From: Paragordius varius
Lineage: Eukaryota > Animalia > Nematomorpha
NCBI GenBank assembly: GCA_964247055.1
Contig: OZ176051.1
Location: 1,612,001 to 1,676,000 of the forward strand
Length of the DNA stretch: 64,000 nt
Reading direction: 5' to 3'
In this document: positions 11,226 through 24,580 of the stretch, piece by piece
Position numbering within the stretch: the stretch's first letter is position 1
Layout: each line of letters opens with the position of its first letter
Program-made: the position numbers and the translations under genes
Notes under the pieces: model-generated
The model's database searches: none
Told to the model about the DNA's origin: nothing
Seen by the model: only the letters and a program-made list of their open reading frames with translations

Positions 11226-14200
11226 ATGCTCGTTGATCCTAGGAAATATTTTATCGAGCAAAAAGCGAAGTTTCCTCAACACGATGCAGATTGGGAAGCC
11301 TTAGATTTGCTTTATGAAAATAAGTTTTTTATATCAATAAATCTAGATTGTGGTATGAGTTAACTGGAAAAATTGAAAAATTTTTGAAGGCTGATATATT
11401 TAAAACAAAAGGGGAATTAATTAAAGTTTGTTTTTTATAATATTAGATTTACGAAAAATGCATTATTGAATTTGAAAACAGGTTTTTTTATTATTAAATT
11501 TAGAATAAATTGTCTAACCTTGATCCAAATCATAAACACGATATCTCATGAATATGATAATGGTTTATTTATTTTAATTATAAGATTTGGAGGAGAAATA
11601 TAAATTTTTTAGTCGGTTTGATGAAAAAACAGCTATTAACAAAGAGGCAAGTGCCCTTTTGCTATTGTTTAAGGCTGAAATATGGCTCCAAAAAAGTGAT
11701 ACATTCAAAGCTAAGGTAAATAATAATCCTTACCTTACTATATTTTTATTGTGAATTAACGCCATTATATTTGAAAAAATAATCAGTTACTAAATAAGCC
11801 AGAAGTTTTTTTATTTAAAAATTAATTGTGCTAGTTTTTTCTGTATATAGATGTTAGGGTTAAAGATTTATCTTAATTATCAAAAAACTATTTTATCCCA
11901 AAGATTTTAAAGTTTTATCGATTAAGTCATTACGAAACACTTGACACAACGGTTTGGATTTATCGTTTGACCCTTTTTTATATAAAACTTATAGCGTTCA
12001 AAATTATTTTTAAATAAATAAATATTGGGGGAGTGAAAAAATAAAAAAACATAGTATTATCTACTTATTTTTCAAGAGTGTTTCCTTCCAGTTTTAATAA
12101 AAAAAATTAAATGATACGAGTTTCCCAAATCAAAAAAACTGATCCTATACCTAAAAATAATTATTGGGTGGAGTGAATAATAATTAGGTAACACTGTTTT
12201 CTTAGCTTTTTTAAGAGATTTCATAATTACGATTGAAAAAAAACTAGGGAAAGCCTAATACTAACATTAGTTTTTACGTTTTTTAATGAATAAATTCTTT
12301 TAAAGAAACTTTGTTTAAAGATGCTAAATAACTATTTTTTTCAATTTTATTGCACTCGATAGCAGAGGATCAAACAAGGTAAAACAGCATAGTAATACGG
12401 TTTTGAGATTATAAGGCTTATTATTTTTATTTAATAGACTGCAGTTAAAATTCATGTTTTTCATATACATTTCATATATCGCAAGAGTTAATATATATTT
12501 TCTATGTAATATTTTAGATTTTTATATTATATTTGGACCATAGTGTAGAATACAAATTATTTAAACGTTTTACTCGCTACGAACTTGATAACAAAAAAAT
12601 ATAAAACACATCAATATATCAGGAATAAACAAGTTCTGCATTTTAGCAAAAATATAATTGTGACAAAAGCACATATGAATGATCATATTTTCCAGCACTA
12701 TGCAAGAAATTAAAGGTTTATAATAAAAGCGATAAAGATGCCTAGAATAGTTGGATCAATTGACTGTACAATAACTTTTATATAAACAAACCAAAAAATT
12801 TTAAGCCCAATGACCAATAATGACTTTTTATAAACTATTTAAAGAAGTTGCATTTATTTTGATTAAAGGCCATCAAATTATATTTAATTTTTATCAAATC
12901 ACATTTCTTATGTTATACAAGGCCACAAAAATTGCAAGTCAATTATAATCAGTATCTTTGTAATTCTTGTCTAATAATAATTTGTATGCAGTAATAAACT
13001 ACCATTTAAATATAGTCTTGCATAGTGAAGATGAGTTTCATAACATGAGTATTCTTTAAATTTTTAATTCGATCGGCGTTGCTTCCTCTCCTCTTCATCA
13101 GATGCCTGAGGATGTTTTTGCTTTTTTACTTGGTTGTTGATCTTGCAAATATTTAAAATTTAATTTTAATATACCGTCTGAAACATGAATTCGTTGTTTC
13201 TTTTTTGGCTGGCTACTGGTACTTGGCATATTACTCCTATAATAATATGGCAGTCACGGAGGGGGAGTGGATATATCTTTAATACAGGATTTACAATTTG
13301 TTCTATGTATGTATGTATGTATGTATATTCAACATTATACCTTTGTGGGCCAATCTCAACTAAATTTCTTTGGGTATAAATGGAAAATGTGGATTTGGAT
13401 TGTTCTAATATACTTATAGGAAAGTGTTTTCGGATTTGTGCAATCTTTAAAGTACAAGTAGCCATCAAAAGAGGAAAAAACGAACTCTCATGTTTCCGGA
13501 CCGCATATTACAATTCAATTCTAGAAACAATCGCGTATTAACTCACCAAGTAAAAAAGCAAAAACAATTTTTGGCATCTGCGGATATAAAGTGGGCAACG
13601 ACTTACGATCTAATTAAAAAATACAAAGAAAGCTTATGATAAAAGAAATGAAACCTATTCAAGTCATCTATTATGATAATTTAATAAAATAACGTAAAGT
13701 TGGAATTATATATAAATTTTGTTCAAAAATATAATACACTTGATTATTAAATCATCATTTATTTGTCATCCAAATTCTAATATTCAAAAATCACATATAT
13801 TAATTGACTTTCAATTTTTGTAGTTTGGAAGAAATGTGATTTTATAAATTGAATGATTTTACGAAAATATAAATTTAAAAATACAAGGCTGTTTATGTAT
13901 AAAAAATGCTTACTCAATAGTTATAAGAGGTCATTATCGGTCACTGCACGTATATTCGCTTTTTGATTCCTGCTCTTTTCCTTTAGTAGACAAACACTGA
14001 TCTTCATCTGATAAATCATTCATAGCATGAAATTTATCAACCACTAATTTACCATTTTCATGCTTTGAAATGTGCGAATTACACAAGATAGTTAATATTA
14101 CTTTGGTTGGTTAATTCTGTCTGGTAGAGCAATTCAAATTTTATCACCGAGTATGGGAAAATAATATATAATTTGTGTCGCGGACCCAGGGCGCAATCAG

Positions 14201-17200
14201 ATTGTCATAAAACGCAAAACTTGTTCATTTTTGATATATTTTATCCCTTATCGTGTTTTATATTATTTAGCTATCAGAGGTGATACCGATTCAAACATTT
14301 AGAAAATTTCTAAATTTTAATACTGTAGTTAGAATATGCTAGGAAAAATTAAATTAGATAAAAAATACGTTAGCTTTTGCGTATCATGAAATGTATGTCT
14401 AGAATTTTTCACTGCAGTCCGAATATACTAGAAAAATGTAAAAATTTAGCTAAAAAATTATGTTAAATGCGATTTATGAATAGTATCTGGAAAGCTTGAA
14501 TTTCCGTACTGCAGTTTAATAAAAATATTATATGTTTTCTTCTCCAACCATGTTACAATGGTGTATTGCCTTGCTTGATCCTTTTCTATCGACTGAAAAA
14601 ATTATGAGGGTGGTATTTAGCATCCCTAAAACATGTAGAGATTTAAACATTTCATTCCACTCATTTTTTTTGAATGAATTAATAAAAAATTGAATAATTT
14701 TTCTTTAAACGCAAAATTATTCGCAAAAAGGTTGTTTTTAAATTACAAAAAAAGTGTATCACTGTGTTTAGGAATTGATAGATAGCGCTTCTGAGATTTT
14801 GGATAAACATGTTGATGGCATCAGTTCAGTCCATACAGATTTGCACAAACTCACGAGCGAATACTTTGAAGTCAGAAAGGAACCTGTTTTGTATTATCAA
14901 GAAACTCTCAAGTATTTGGGGTTGGTGGATCTTAGCACTTTATCCGGTTTTTAAAATCTTAATTTTTTTTAATTTGTTTTTATAAAGGCATCAACCAAAC
15001 TTTTTTAAATCCTGATTTTTCTATGTAACCTAAATTATGTTACCAATTTATATCTTTGCAGCCCAAAACGATACCATAAATAATCAGGGTTACGAGTAAT
15101 ATTGCCGTGTAATTTTTGCTTTTTGCCTTTATAATATCATTTTGTCAAAATATATTATTTTTTTATTTTTTGTAAATTGAAATTCGACAATTTTTAGAGA
15201 CAGAAAAAGAAGGTTATGCTTACAAATTAGCTGTTGCCAGTCTTTTGGGAGACGATATCTACAATTTCATAGAATTGGTATTATGAATTAGTATTCTCTA
15301 TTTATGATAATAGGGTATTGTTTTTTAAATGCCACAATTTTTAATTTTATATAATTAGCACCAATTGGGCTATATTAATACATTGTGTTACACTCTTAAT
15401 GTATACAAAAAGTCATAAATTAGAAAAACTATTATTAACTGATTATAAATTGCTTTTAAGATTTTTTTGCCGTGATATTTATTTTAAAGTAGGAGGTGCA
15501 TATGAATTTAATAATGTTTTATAAATTAAATTTAATAGTTATCACATCCCATTTTGGAGAGCCTTAAAGGTAAGCCCCAATATAAATGGCTCATTGATCT
15601 TTTGTACGCTTTCAATAGCGGACAGCTGGAACAAATGGAAAATTTAAAACCGCAATGGTCGAAAATCCCAGAATTAAATGCCAAAACAACACTTCTCCAA
15701 CAAAAAATTAAGTTGTTAGCTCTTATGGAGGTTGATTAATAATAATTTTATTTAAATTAGGTCATTTGTCATAAATATATGTAATTTTACCAGCAATATG
15801 TTTTGGATACTTTATTTTTTTACAATGATGATCATTTTAAGAAATATAATGTACCAAGTTGCATCTTGAACAATTCAAGTTGATTCTTCAATTAATTATG
15901 TATCTGACTTTTTATCTATCATTCAACTATCCTACCTATTTTAACCTATTTTCTTTTTATTTTACCTAAACTTTTAAATAATATCCACTTTTAGTTATTC
16001 ACACAACGTATTTTTAAATTAATAATTTATAACATATTTTCATATAAGATTTTAAAACTAACTAAAAAATGTAGGTTAAAATACATTTTTTCATTAGCAA
16101 TATTTATAACTTAATAAGGGTTTTGAATTGGAAAAAAATAGTTTGATACAAAAGAGTTGTTTTTGAATGAGAAATTTTAATTTTAAATGAATCAGTTATA
16201 ATAAATAAAGAAAATTAGATTAAAAAATAAAAAAATACATGCAAAAATTATGGTTAAATTTAAATTTAATAATTTTAAGCAACTTGAAGTGTTCAAGGGC
16301 CACTTGAAGTGCAAATATGTTTTTTTGAATCGGGTAGTTTTAAATTGTTTTTTAACTATGCAATTTAATTAAAAAAACCCATTTAAGGATTACTTAAGAA
16401 ATATAATTCATCAAATTTAAATTTTATTTTTTTTGTTTATTAGATGGCCTATAGAAAGCCTGCAAATAATCGCCAATTGAGCTTTGCCGAAATCTCTAAA
16501 GGCATTTTAATTCAACCTGATGAAGTAAGTATTGGTTAATATACCAAGTTTTATAATATTGAAACAGCTTAAATAATTTCAATTTTGGATACATATATTT
16601 TATTTCAATATTAATTATTTTTTTGGCAAAGCCATCGCAAATATTACTGTTGAATAAGCGTTACCTTGTTTACATTTTATTAATTTATATTAGAATTTTG
16701 TTATAAACTATGACCAAAAAAATGGAAAGTGCGGTACTATTCGAAAAATATTCCCCCTCAATTTTTTTGACGGATTATAGATATTTTATACATATTTATT
16801 TTTATACATAATAATTAAATTGTTAATATTAAACGTTTTTATGATTTTTTTTCATTTGATTATTCTTACACTTAATTTATTTTATTAGTATAGTAACAAC
16901 TAAACAGTATAGAGATATGATTTTGCAACCAAAAACGAGTGATATAATTTTTCAATAAATAACCTCATATAAAAAATATATAACATAAAGATTGTAGTGC
17001 AAACATTTTTCAAAACATAATCTCTTTATGAGACCAATAATCAATTTGTCGCGATAAATATATTTGAAAAGTTGACAAAAAGCAATATAATTGGACGATT
17101 GCCAAAATTATTTTATTTAAAACGTCCCAATTTAGTGTTTTCCCCCATATTATACGAATCCATATACTGCAATCTGTGGTATATTTATAACTGTTTTATT

Positions 17201-17853
17201 TCAGCAAAATTTAGCTATTAATTCCGTTGTCTTATTTCAAAGAATGGATTTTTTTCAAATAGTAATAGACAATGTAAAAACCATTATCTCTAATCACATC
17301 TATCTTTTTACCAAAAATCGAATAACCTTTAAAAGGGCAGTAATCTATTTATATAAATATGGATATTACGCAAATGGAATGTCATATTATTATTGAGGAA
17401 CAAAATTAATTAATGGATATATCAAGAATACATAAATGATGGCAACAATATTAGATGATTGCATGAAAACTAATTACCATTTGCTTTTCCTTTACAAACA
17501 CCTCTTTAAAGATTTCCAAAAAATTATCCATTAATTTTAATTATATTAGGAAGATTTAATATTATAATTTCTGTTAAATAGGTGGAATGGCTTGTAATGA
17601 AAGGGTTATCCCTTGGCCTAATTAAAGGGAAAATCGATCAAATTACCCAAAAAGTTTTTATCAAATGGGTTCAACCACGTGTCTTAGATGTTCAGCAGGT
17701 TTGATTTTATTACTAACGTTTTTTTATATCCAATAATAAAAACTATTGTCTTAGATGGAAACTATGCGTTCTATGCTTGAGAAATGGTGTGCTTCTATTC
17801 GAGCTATTCAAAACACTTTTCAGCGAAATGCGCAAGAACTAATCCATTTTTGA
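11226..17853 (+). CDS. PSMD13: 26S proteasome lid subunit Rpn9 (381 aa)
   Basis: Exons 11226-11323, 11347-11425, 11447-11481, 11504-11562, 11585-11715, 14772-14946, 15198-15277, 15539-15730, 16444-16524, 17582-17698, 17755-17853. Motifs: [101 protein letters not shown]. Confidence 0.95.
12500..12775 (+). mobile_element. Probable PIF/Harbinger transposase remnant in PSMD13 intron 5
   Basis: [12 protein letters not shown] at 12735-12770 resembles the Harbinger/HARBI1 first catalytic motif FP.V.GAIDCTH. The surrounding frame is broken. Confidence 0.4.
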
Positions 17854-18217
17854 TCCTTATTTTTTTTTAAATAAATATACCATTATGTCTGTATTAGTGA
17901 AATAAATTGAGCATTTTACTCGGTAATTAGGATTGAAAATTGGTATTATTATAGATAATAAAATGGGTAAACCAACTTTAGGAAAAAAACAATGACTTAA
18001 GTGTTGCCAATATTGATAATGACGCCTGAGAGTTAATATTATATAGTCATATACGAAAATGGCTAGGCATTTTGCAAAAAACAATACGGTTTTTTATTAC
18101 ACTATGGTCTATGCTCTAACTTTGTTGTTAGATCTATATTCAACGCAGGAGAAGCGATCATATTTAACTAATCTTGAACAAAACAGGTATTATTATATCT
18201 TAAAAATATATATATAA

Positions 18218-18730
18218 CACTTCAAATCAAATTGGGTTACTAAATACATCAGGCAATATTAAAGTTGATATTTTTAAAGAAAATACTAAAAGAAACCATA
18301 GCAATTTGAATTTATGCTTCTATCCTTATAAAAATTATATAAATAAGCCATAATATCTAAATAAAATTCAGTTTTGGAAAAAAAAGTTCCGTATCAAACT
18401 ATGTGGACGCCATTTATATCGTGTTTATTTGATTCTAAGCCTAAAATTAAGTTTAATTCTTTATTAAAACCACATATAACATTGATATAAACAGAAAAAG
18501 CGGTATATTTGCATTATTTTTGTATTGAGCATTGCGCAAACGTCATGCTATCTAAAGTTTTACCTTTCGGTTTTGGCTAAAAATATGTAAAATCAAGTAT
18601 TTTTGAATATAATTTTTTATATATTTCGGTTTATCACTGTTTAAGTGCAAACTTGCTTTTAAACTAGCCTGGTGTATCTAACTACCCCAATTTTAATCGA
18701 AAGACTGAAATGAATGTCTTGATCCAAGTG
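18218..18730. mobile_element. piggyBac-like TTAA MITE (family P), diverged copy
   Basis: Begins cacttcaaatcaaattggg and ends taccccaattttaatcgaaagactgaaatgaatgtcttgatccaagtg. The internal sequence is shared with 20032, 35268 and 63381. Confidence 0.75.
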
Positions 18731-19059
18731 AATCTGTTAAAAAATGGACGATCATGGTGGTATTAGTTTTGGAACATATGAGTGATATAAGAAAGTCATA
18801 TTTTTGTGTAAATATTTTTTGGCAAACTTTGTTGAGCCGTATATGATGTCTTGACAGAAACGGTAAACGCTTGTATCATAAAAACACTTTTACCAAATAT
18901 ATTATTATTAAAAATTTAATTAAAACATTGCTTCATTTCCAAAAATCGGTTGATTTTAAAGAAAGAAATTTATTTTCAGAAGAGTATATTTTTTACATTA
19001 TTTCGAAAAAATGTGTAAGTCTTTAGTATGTTAGCATTTTATTACTTTCTCATTTTTTG

Positions 19060-19600
19060 TTCAAGTATACACTTTGGCGTAGTTTTATATCACAGGGCAG
19101 CTCGATTTTATACATAAAATATAGTTATATAAGTTATTTTGTTAATATCTAATTATCAAACGCTGTTTTTATATATTAGATAAAAAAACTTATATTTTTA
19201 CAGTTTTCAGACTTCTAGAGTCTAAAATTGGGACAGTTTGAAAACACGATTGAAACAAGTGATATATATTCAAAGTCTATCAGGTTTTTGGTGGTAAAAA
19301 GTGGCCTGAAAGTTTTTTATAATATCATTTTTTAACCATATATATTTATTTACCTGTTGCATTAGCGATAGGAAAAAATGAAAAAAGCTTGAGATGAGGA
19401 TTTTTTATAATTTTACATTTTTTAAATAAAATTTTTATTAATAATGTGCCCAAAAGACTCAGGAAAGAATATTTTTGAATGCGGCTTAATATTTTAAACA
19501 TTTAAGATATTCAACTTTCAAATCGGTTTGTGATGTAAAACTACTCCAAAAGCTAATGGAGTATTAAAATTAATGGATGTACAAGATAATATATTTTTAA
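19060..19600. repeat. Dispersed repeat family C, with related copies near 29330-29720, 35985-37660 and 62085-62430
   Basis: Shared blocks such as gagatgaggattttttataattttacatttttt, aaaaggctaaag..aatatttttt and catggtgcttttagtttt. Boundaries are approximate. Confidence 0.55.
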
Positions 19601-20031
19601 GGTATAATCTGTCATGTCAATAAAAATCTAATACCAGGATATCCGGGGTTACATGTATCAACTTACTGTATAATAGTCTCCGAAACATAAGTATGTGCAT
19701 TATTTAAAGGATCATGGTGAAATGTTCAAACTGTGAGTTTGGGACGGTCTTTTTCGGTATGTTTAAATGTTGTATTTTTTTAACCAATTATCATATCATA
19801 ATTGTTTATTATATATAAGCGATGGAAAACAGCATGGGTTCCACTTTTTTGATAGTTTTATCGATGTAGCAGATTTTTACCGTTAATTTTCAACTCTAGG
19901 AAGCTTATTTAAGTCTGTGTTGTAAGGGCCCTGGTTTTTAAAGCCCATGTAATATCTGTATTCCCATTTATCAATTTTTATTTTATACCCATAAACTAAC
20001 TTTTGTGTCATACACTTTGCGTTATATTTAA

Positions 20032-20490
20032 CACTCCGATTCAAATTTTGGTATCTAAATACCCCAGATATTTAAAGTTAGTATTTTTAAAAAAATACTG
20101 AAGGAAACGGTCCCAATTTAAATTTATGCTTCTATCCTAACAAAAATTATACATATAAGCCAAAATATCTAAATACACCTTCATTTAAAAAAAAGTTACA
20201 TGTCAAGCTACTTCGACGCCATTTTTATTTTACAAAATCTTTGCAAAACATCGCGTTTATGTTATTTTAAAGGTTAAATTAGAGGTAAATTTTTATTTAA
20301 ATTACATCTAGCGTTGATAATAGAATAAGTGGCTTACTTAGTAGATTTAATTTACCATTGCACATATGTCTCGTTGACTAAACTTTTATTTTTGGGTTTT
20401 AGCTTAAAATAAGTAAAATCAAGAATTTTTAATAAAATATTTTATATATTTCGGTTCGTTAATGTTATATAAGTGCAAAATTTGCCATAT
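20032..20490. mobile_element. Family P MITE, truncated at its right end, ending ~50 bp upstream of the NLE1 ATG
   Basis: TTAA|cactccgattcaaattttggtatctaaataccccag at 20028, followed by the family P body (gaaacggtcccaatttaaatttatgcttctatcc...cttcgacgccattttt...ttcggttcgttaatg). Confidence 0.8.
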
Positions 20491-20539
20491 TTGTGTATAT
20501 TATATATTGTAACAGTGTAATGCACTCTTTAAGCATCGG

Positions 20540-23500
20540 ATGAAGGATTTAACACGAGTTTTGATTCAATTTAAGTCTGAAGATGATTTGGACTTAGGAC
20601 CGCCCTTAGATGTTGAAACAGACATATCTGTTTCAAATCTGCAAAGTTTATGCAATAAATTGTCTGATACAGTAAATCAATATAATATTTTAAGGATGAA
20701 AATCAAATATTCAATTTTTATATAAACAAAGATGTACCTATTCATGATAATCTTCGTGATTCTTACGATTTTTCCAAAGGAAATGAAAATATTATTGACA
20801 TATATTTTTATCCTCAATCATCTATAAGGATTTATCCTGTTACTAGATGTACTTCATCTTTGCCTGGACATGAAAGTGCCATTTTATCTGTCCAATTTAG
20901 TCCAGATAGCAAGTTTATTTTATTTAATATATTTAGAATGTTAGCGACTGGATCTGGTGATCACACAGTACGTTTTTGGGATTTGGAAACGCAAACACCA
21001 TTTTATACTTGTCAAGGTGATATAATTTTGAAATGTTAAATATTAAACAATAAAATTTTAACATTGTAAATATAATATTTTTATGTTATGGATTTTGAAC
21101 ATTGCATTCCGGATAAAACCATAAACATATTCAAATAAAAGATGTTAATATTTTGGACATTTCATATAATTTTTTATTGCCATTTTTCATGGGTGTTTTT
21201 TCAAATTTATGTTTGGTAGAACATTAGTTTTAATGTTATCTTAAAAAATGGTAAATATAGCTGCTAGAAGATAAGAAGAAAAATTTTATTAAATGATTAT
21301 TTTTTTGGTCAATATGCTCAGAAATTCATCTTACAAAAAATATATATGTTTTGATTATTTAACATTTTTTTTAATTCTACTATGAAAGGTCATGACAGTT
21401 GGGTCCTTTGTATCGCTTGGTCCCCGGATGCTCAAATTTTGGCAAGCGCCGATAAGAATGGAAAAGTGTGTTTATGGAATTCTGAAACGGGGAAACTTTT
21501 GGGAAAAGCGATACAAGCTCACACTCAGTGGGTCAATTCCATATGTTGGGAACCGATGCATACGTTTTTTTACATTTTTTAACTTTTTAGGAATCCACAA
21601 TGTCGGAGATTTGTTACCGCTTCTAAGGTAAATATTCCCTTTTTTTATGAAACAAATAAATTACAAATAAAACGTAAAAGACTAAAGAACAAATATTTTT
21701 GAAAAGGCATTTATTATACTTTTCCGAACATTTATTTTTACTACAAAAACTATATAATTATAATTTTAAAATACACAATGGCGGGACGATTTTGCAACCA
21801 AGGTAAGCTATATGGTTATCTTTTTGAAACGAATTTGTCCTTTTGTACGTTTTGTCTGTATAAATAAAAAGTGCTCCCTATTTTTAAAACGAATTTAAAC
21901 GTTTAAATTTTGTGGTTTAATAGGATAGCGTTTTGAAGATATGGGACAGTGTGACACGGCTTTGCACTTTGTGTTTATCAGGTCATAAGGGATCAGTTAC
22001 GTGCGCCAAATGGGGAGCCACCAATTATATATATTCTGCTTCGCAAGATCGAACCATAAAAATTTGGAGTTCCATTGATGTATGATTGATATGTTTTTTA
22101 TACGCATATATTTTAAATTATAATTTTGATTGAAAGGTTGGAAAAGAGGATAGGACAGTTTAGGGTTTTAGCCCTTTAGTTATGGCGTGGTATTGGTCAA
22201 TTTATTTAACTTAATAATCCTAATTTGTTTTTTCTTTTGCCGCTTTTTAAAATTATTATTTGTTGGGAGGAGGAATGGTTTATTTTATATTTCCCGCAGA
22301 ATCACTATTATTGAAAACAGTGTCAGGATTGTATATAAAATAAAAATATATGTCAAAGATTGATCAAAATCTATGAACTTTGTCTGGTTTTCATAAATAT
22401 CACAAAATATTTTTTAAATAAATATTTTTAATTTTTTTTACTATTTTATTTTATGAAGGGAAGCTTGATTCGCACGTTAACAAACCATGCTCATTGGGTT
22501 AATTCTTTAGCCTTAAGTACGGATTATATAATGCGAACTTCTTGTTTTGATTTTGTCAAAAACCACACACTTACAACCAAACAAAATTATTCACAATTAA
22601 CACTGGAACAAAGGGGAAAATTGGCACAGGAAAGACTTGATAAACTTAATAAAAATGTATATATAGCTATATCTATATTTTACTGCCAAATCGATCGAGA
22701 ATGATAAAAATAAAAAGATTAATATATTTTTTATAACGAAAATATTTTTTAAGAATTCATTCTCTGTATCTATTCTATATGATTACAAGTACAAAAGTAA
22801 ATTGATTTTTTTTATAAATTAAATTTTAATCGTTAAACAATTACTATTTATTGCATTATAGAGTAATGAACGGTTTGTTTCCGCATCTGACGATTTTACC
22901 CTGTGTCTTTGGAAGACGGCGATTGATGTAAAAGAAACGACGACCCCTATACCTTCATCTGAAAAAGGATCAGTTTTATTTTTGATCTGCAAAATGACAG
23001 GCCATGCCCAAACTGTAAATCAAGTTCAATTTTCTCCGGATGGCTTGCTTATTGCTAGCGCTTCCTTCGATAAATCCATCAAAATTTGGCATGGCGTAAC
23101 GGGGAAATTTTTATTTACGCTTCGGGGACATGTTCAGCGCGTGTATCAACTTAGTTTTTCAAACGATAGTCGACTCCTTATTTCAGGGAGTGCGGATTCC
23201 ACCATAAAAATTTGGAAATTGTCGGGTGGCCCGATTAATAAAAAAGGCAATAAAACCGAAAACAACACATCTGGCCAAACAAAACACTCAAAACCGCCGC
23301 ACATTAAGAAACCTGACAGCTATCTTATGGTAGATCTCCCTGGTCATGCTGACGAGGTAAGGTTAAATTAAAAATTAAAAACCCACTTGGCGATTTCTTG
23401 GAAATTCATTTAATTAGGCTGTATATAAAATATTATAATTAATTAAATGAATGGTTTAAACGGGGTGTCCAATACAAATGGCTTCGCGGGCTGCTTTCGA

Positions 23501-24397
23501 ATAAATAGGAATATTCAAAATGAATTTCAAGCATTATTTTAATAACATTTTTTTCTAGTTCTTGCTAAATAAACTTATTAAAAAAAACTGTGTGAGAACT
23601 ATGATTTTTCTGAGAGTTTGAAGCCTATTTTTGCAAATTATGATTTTCCAAATTCTTCGGGTCGCATGAAAAGTCTCGGAGGGCCGCGTATTAAACACGC
23701 CTATTGTTTAAACTAAAAATCTTATATTAATTAAATATATCATGCCACATTTTTCAAGGGTATTCAAATACTGTGCTATAAAAAAGGCGGTTAGTAATAA
23801 AGATATGTTTATAGGTTTTACAGATCATTCGATAGCAAAGCTTTTTCGCTTTAATATAAAAATCGATAAATTCGGAAAAAATACTAGAAAAAAAATGTTT
23901 TCCTTTCATTATCCAAAATTATTTATCATTTTTCACACATTAATGCGTATAAAAAAATATAATTAAGGTAAACAGTGATAAATTTGACCCCGTGAATTGA
24001 TAAAAATTGCAATTATACTGTTTTAATTTTTATTGCATATAATTAATCTATTGTTATAAAACTTATATTACATCAAATTGTCCAAAAAATATAGATAAGA
24101 TTATTTAATAATTCCGTAAAGCAAATATCTCTGAATTCTTTTTTTATAAATTATAGCGATATATATATTTATAAATATCTGATAGTATTTAAAAAAATCA
24201 AAATACCGCCAAAGTGTAATTTTTAGAAATGTTATATTTGGTTTTAAGGTATATGCTATCGATTGGAGTCCTGATGGTTCAACTGTGGCCAGTGGAGGAA
24301 AAGACAAAAAACTCAAAATGTAACATTTTTTGATATTTTATAATTTTTATACTTAATTTATTATTATTCTTATTGTTTTTCTAGATGGAAGAAATGA
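20540..24397 (+). CDS. NLE1: Notchless homolog (NLE domain + WD40, 524 aa)
   Basis: Exons 20540-20671, 20695-20912, 20937-21016, 21389-21563, 21591-21627, 21924-22079, 22459-22656, 22862-23356, 24249-24319, 24385-24397. Motifs: LIQFKSE, VTRCTSSLPGH, LATGSGDHTVRFWDLETQTP, HAHWVNSLALSTDY, SASDDFTLCLW, DLPGHADEVYAIDWSPDG..VASGGKDK. Confidence 0.96.
23459..23708. mobile_element. hAT (Charlie-like) MITE family D; related copies ~38510-38782, ~46090-46730, ~60520-60803
   Basis: Ends cggggtgtccaa...taaacacgcct with GC-rich gcgggc/gggccgc subterminal motifs and near-duplicated gtttaaa flanks. The other copies share aatggc...gcgggccgcatt and ...gagggccgc. Confidence 0.5.
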
Positions 24398-24580
24398 AAT
24401 TTATTGAGTTTGTTAGCCATGTAAAAGGTTTTTTTTTGTGTGTACATACACAGCAATATATGGATATAATAAATTAATGTGTTTAACTAACACATTGCAT
24501 AGACTGTTACAAAATAAATTATATGGCATAATATGTTTATAATAGCTTTACAACAATACGATACGACAGAAAACAACATT

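Noticed and set aside
13930-14090. Short open minus-strand frame ([28 protein letters not shown]...) in PSMD13 intron 5
   Set aside because: There is no start or splice context and no recognisable motif. It is probably TE debris.
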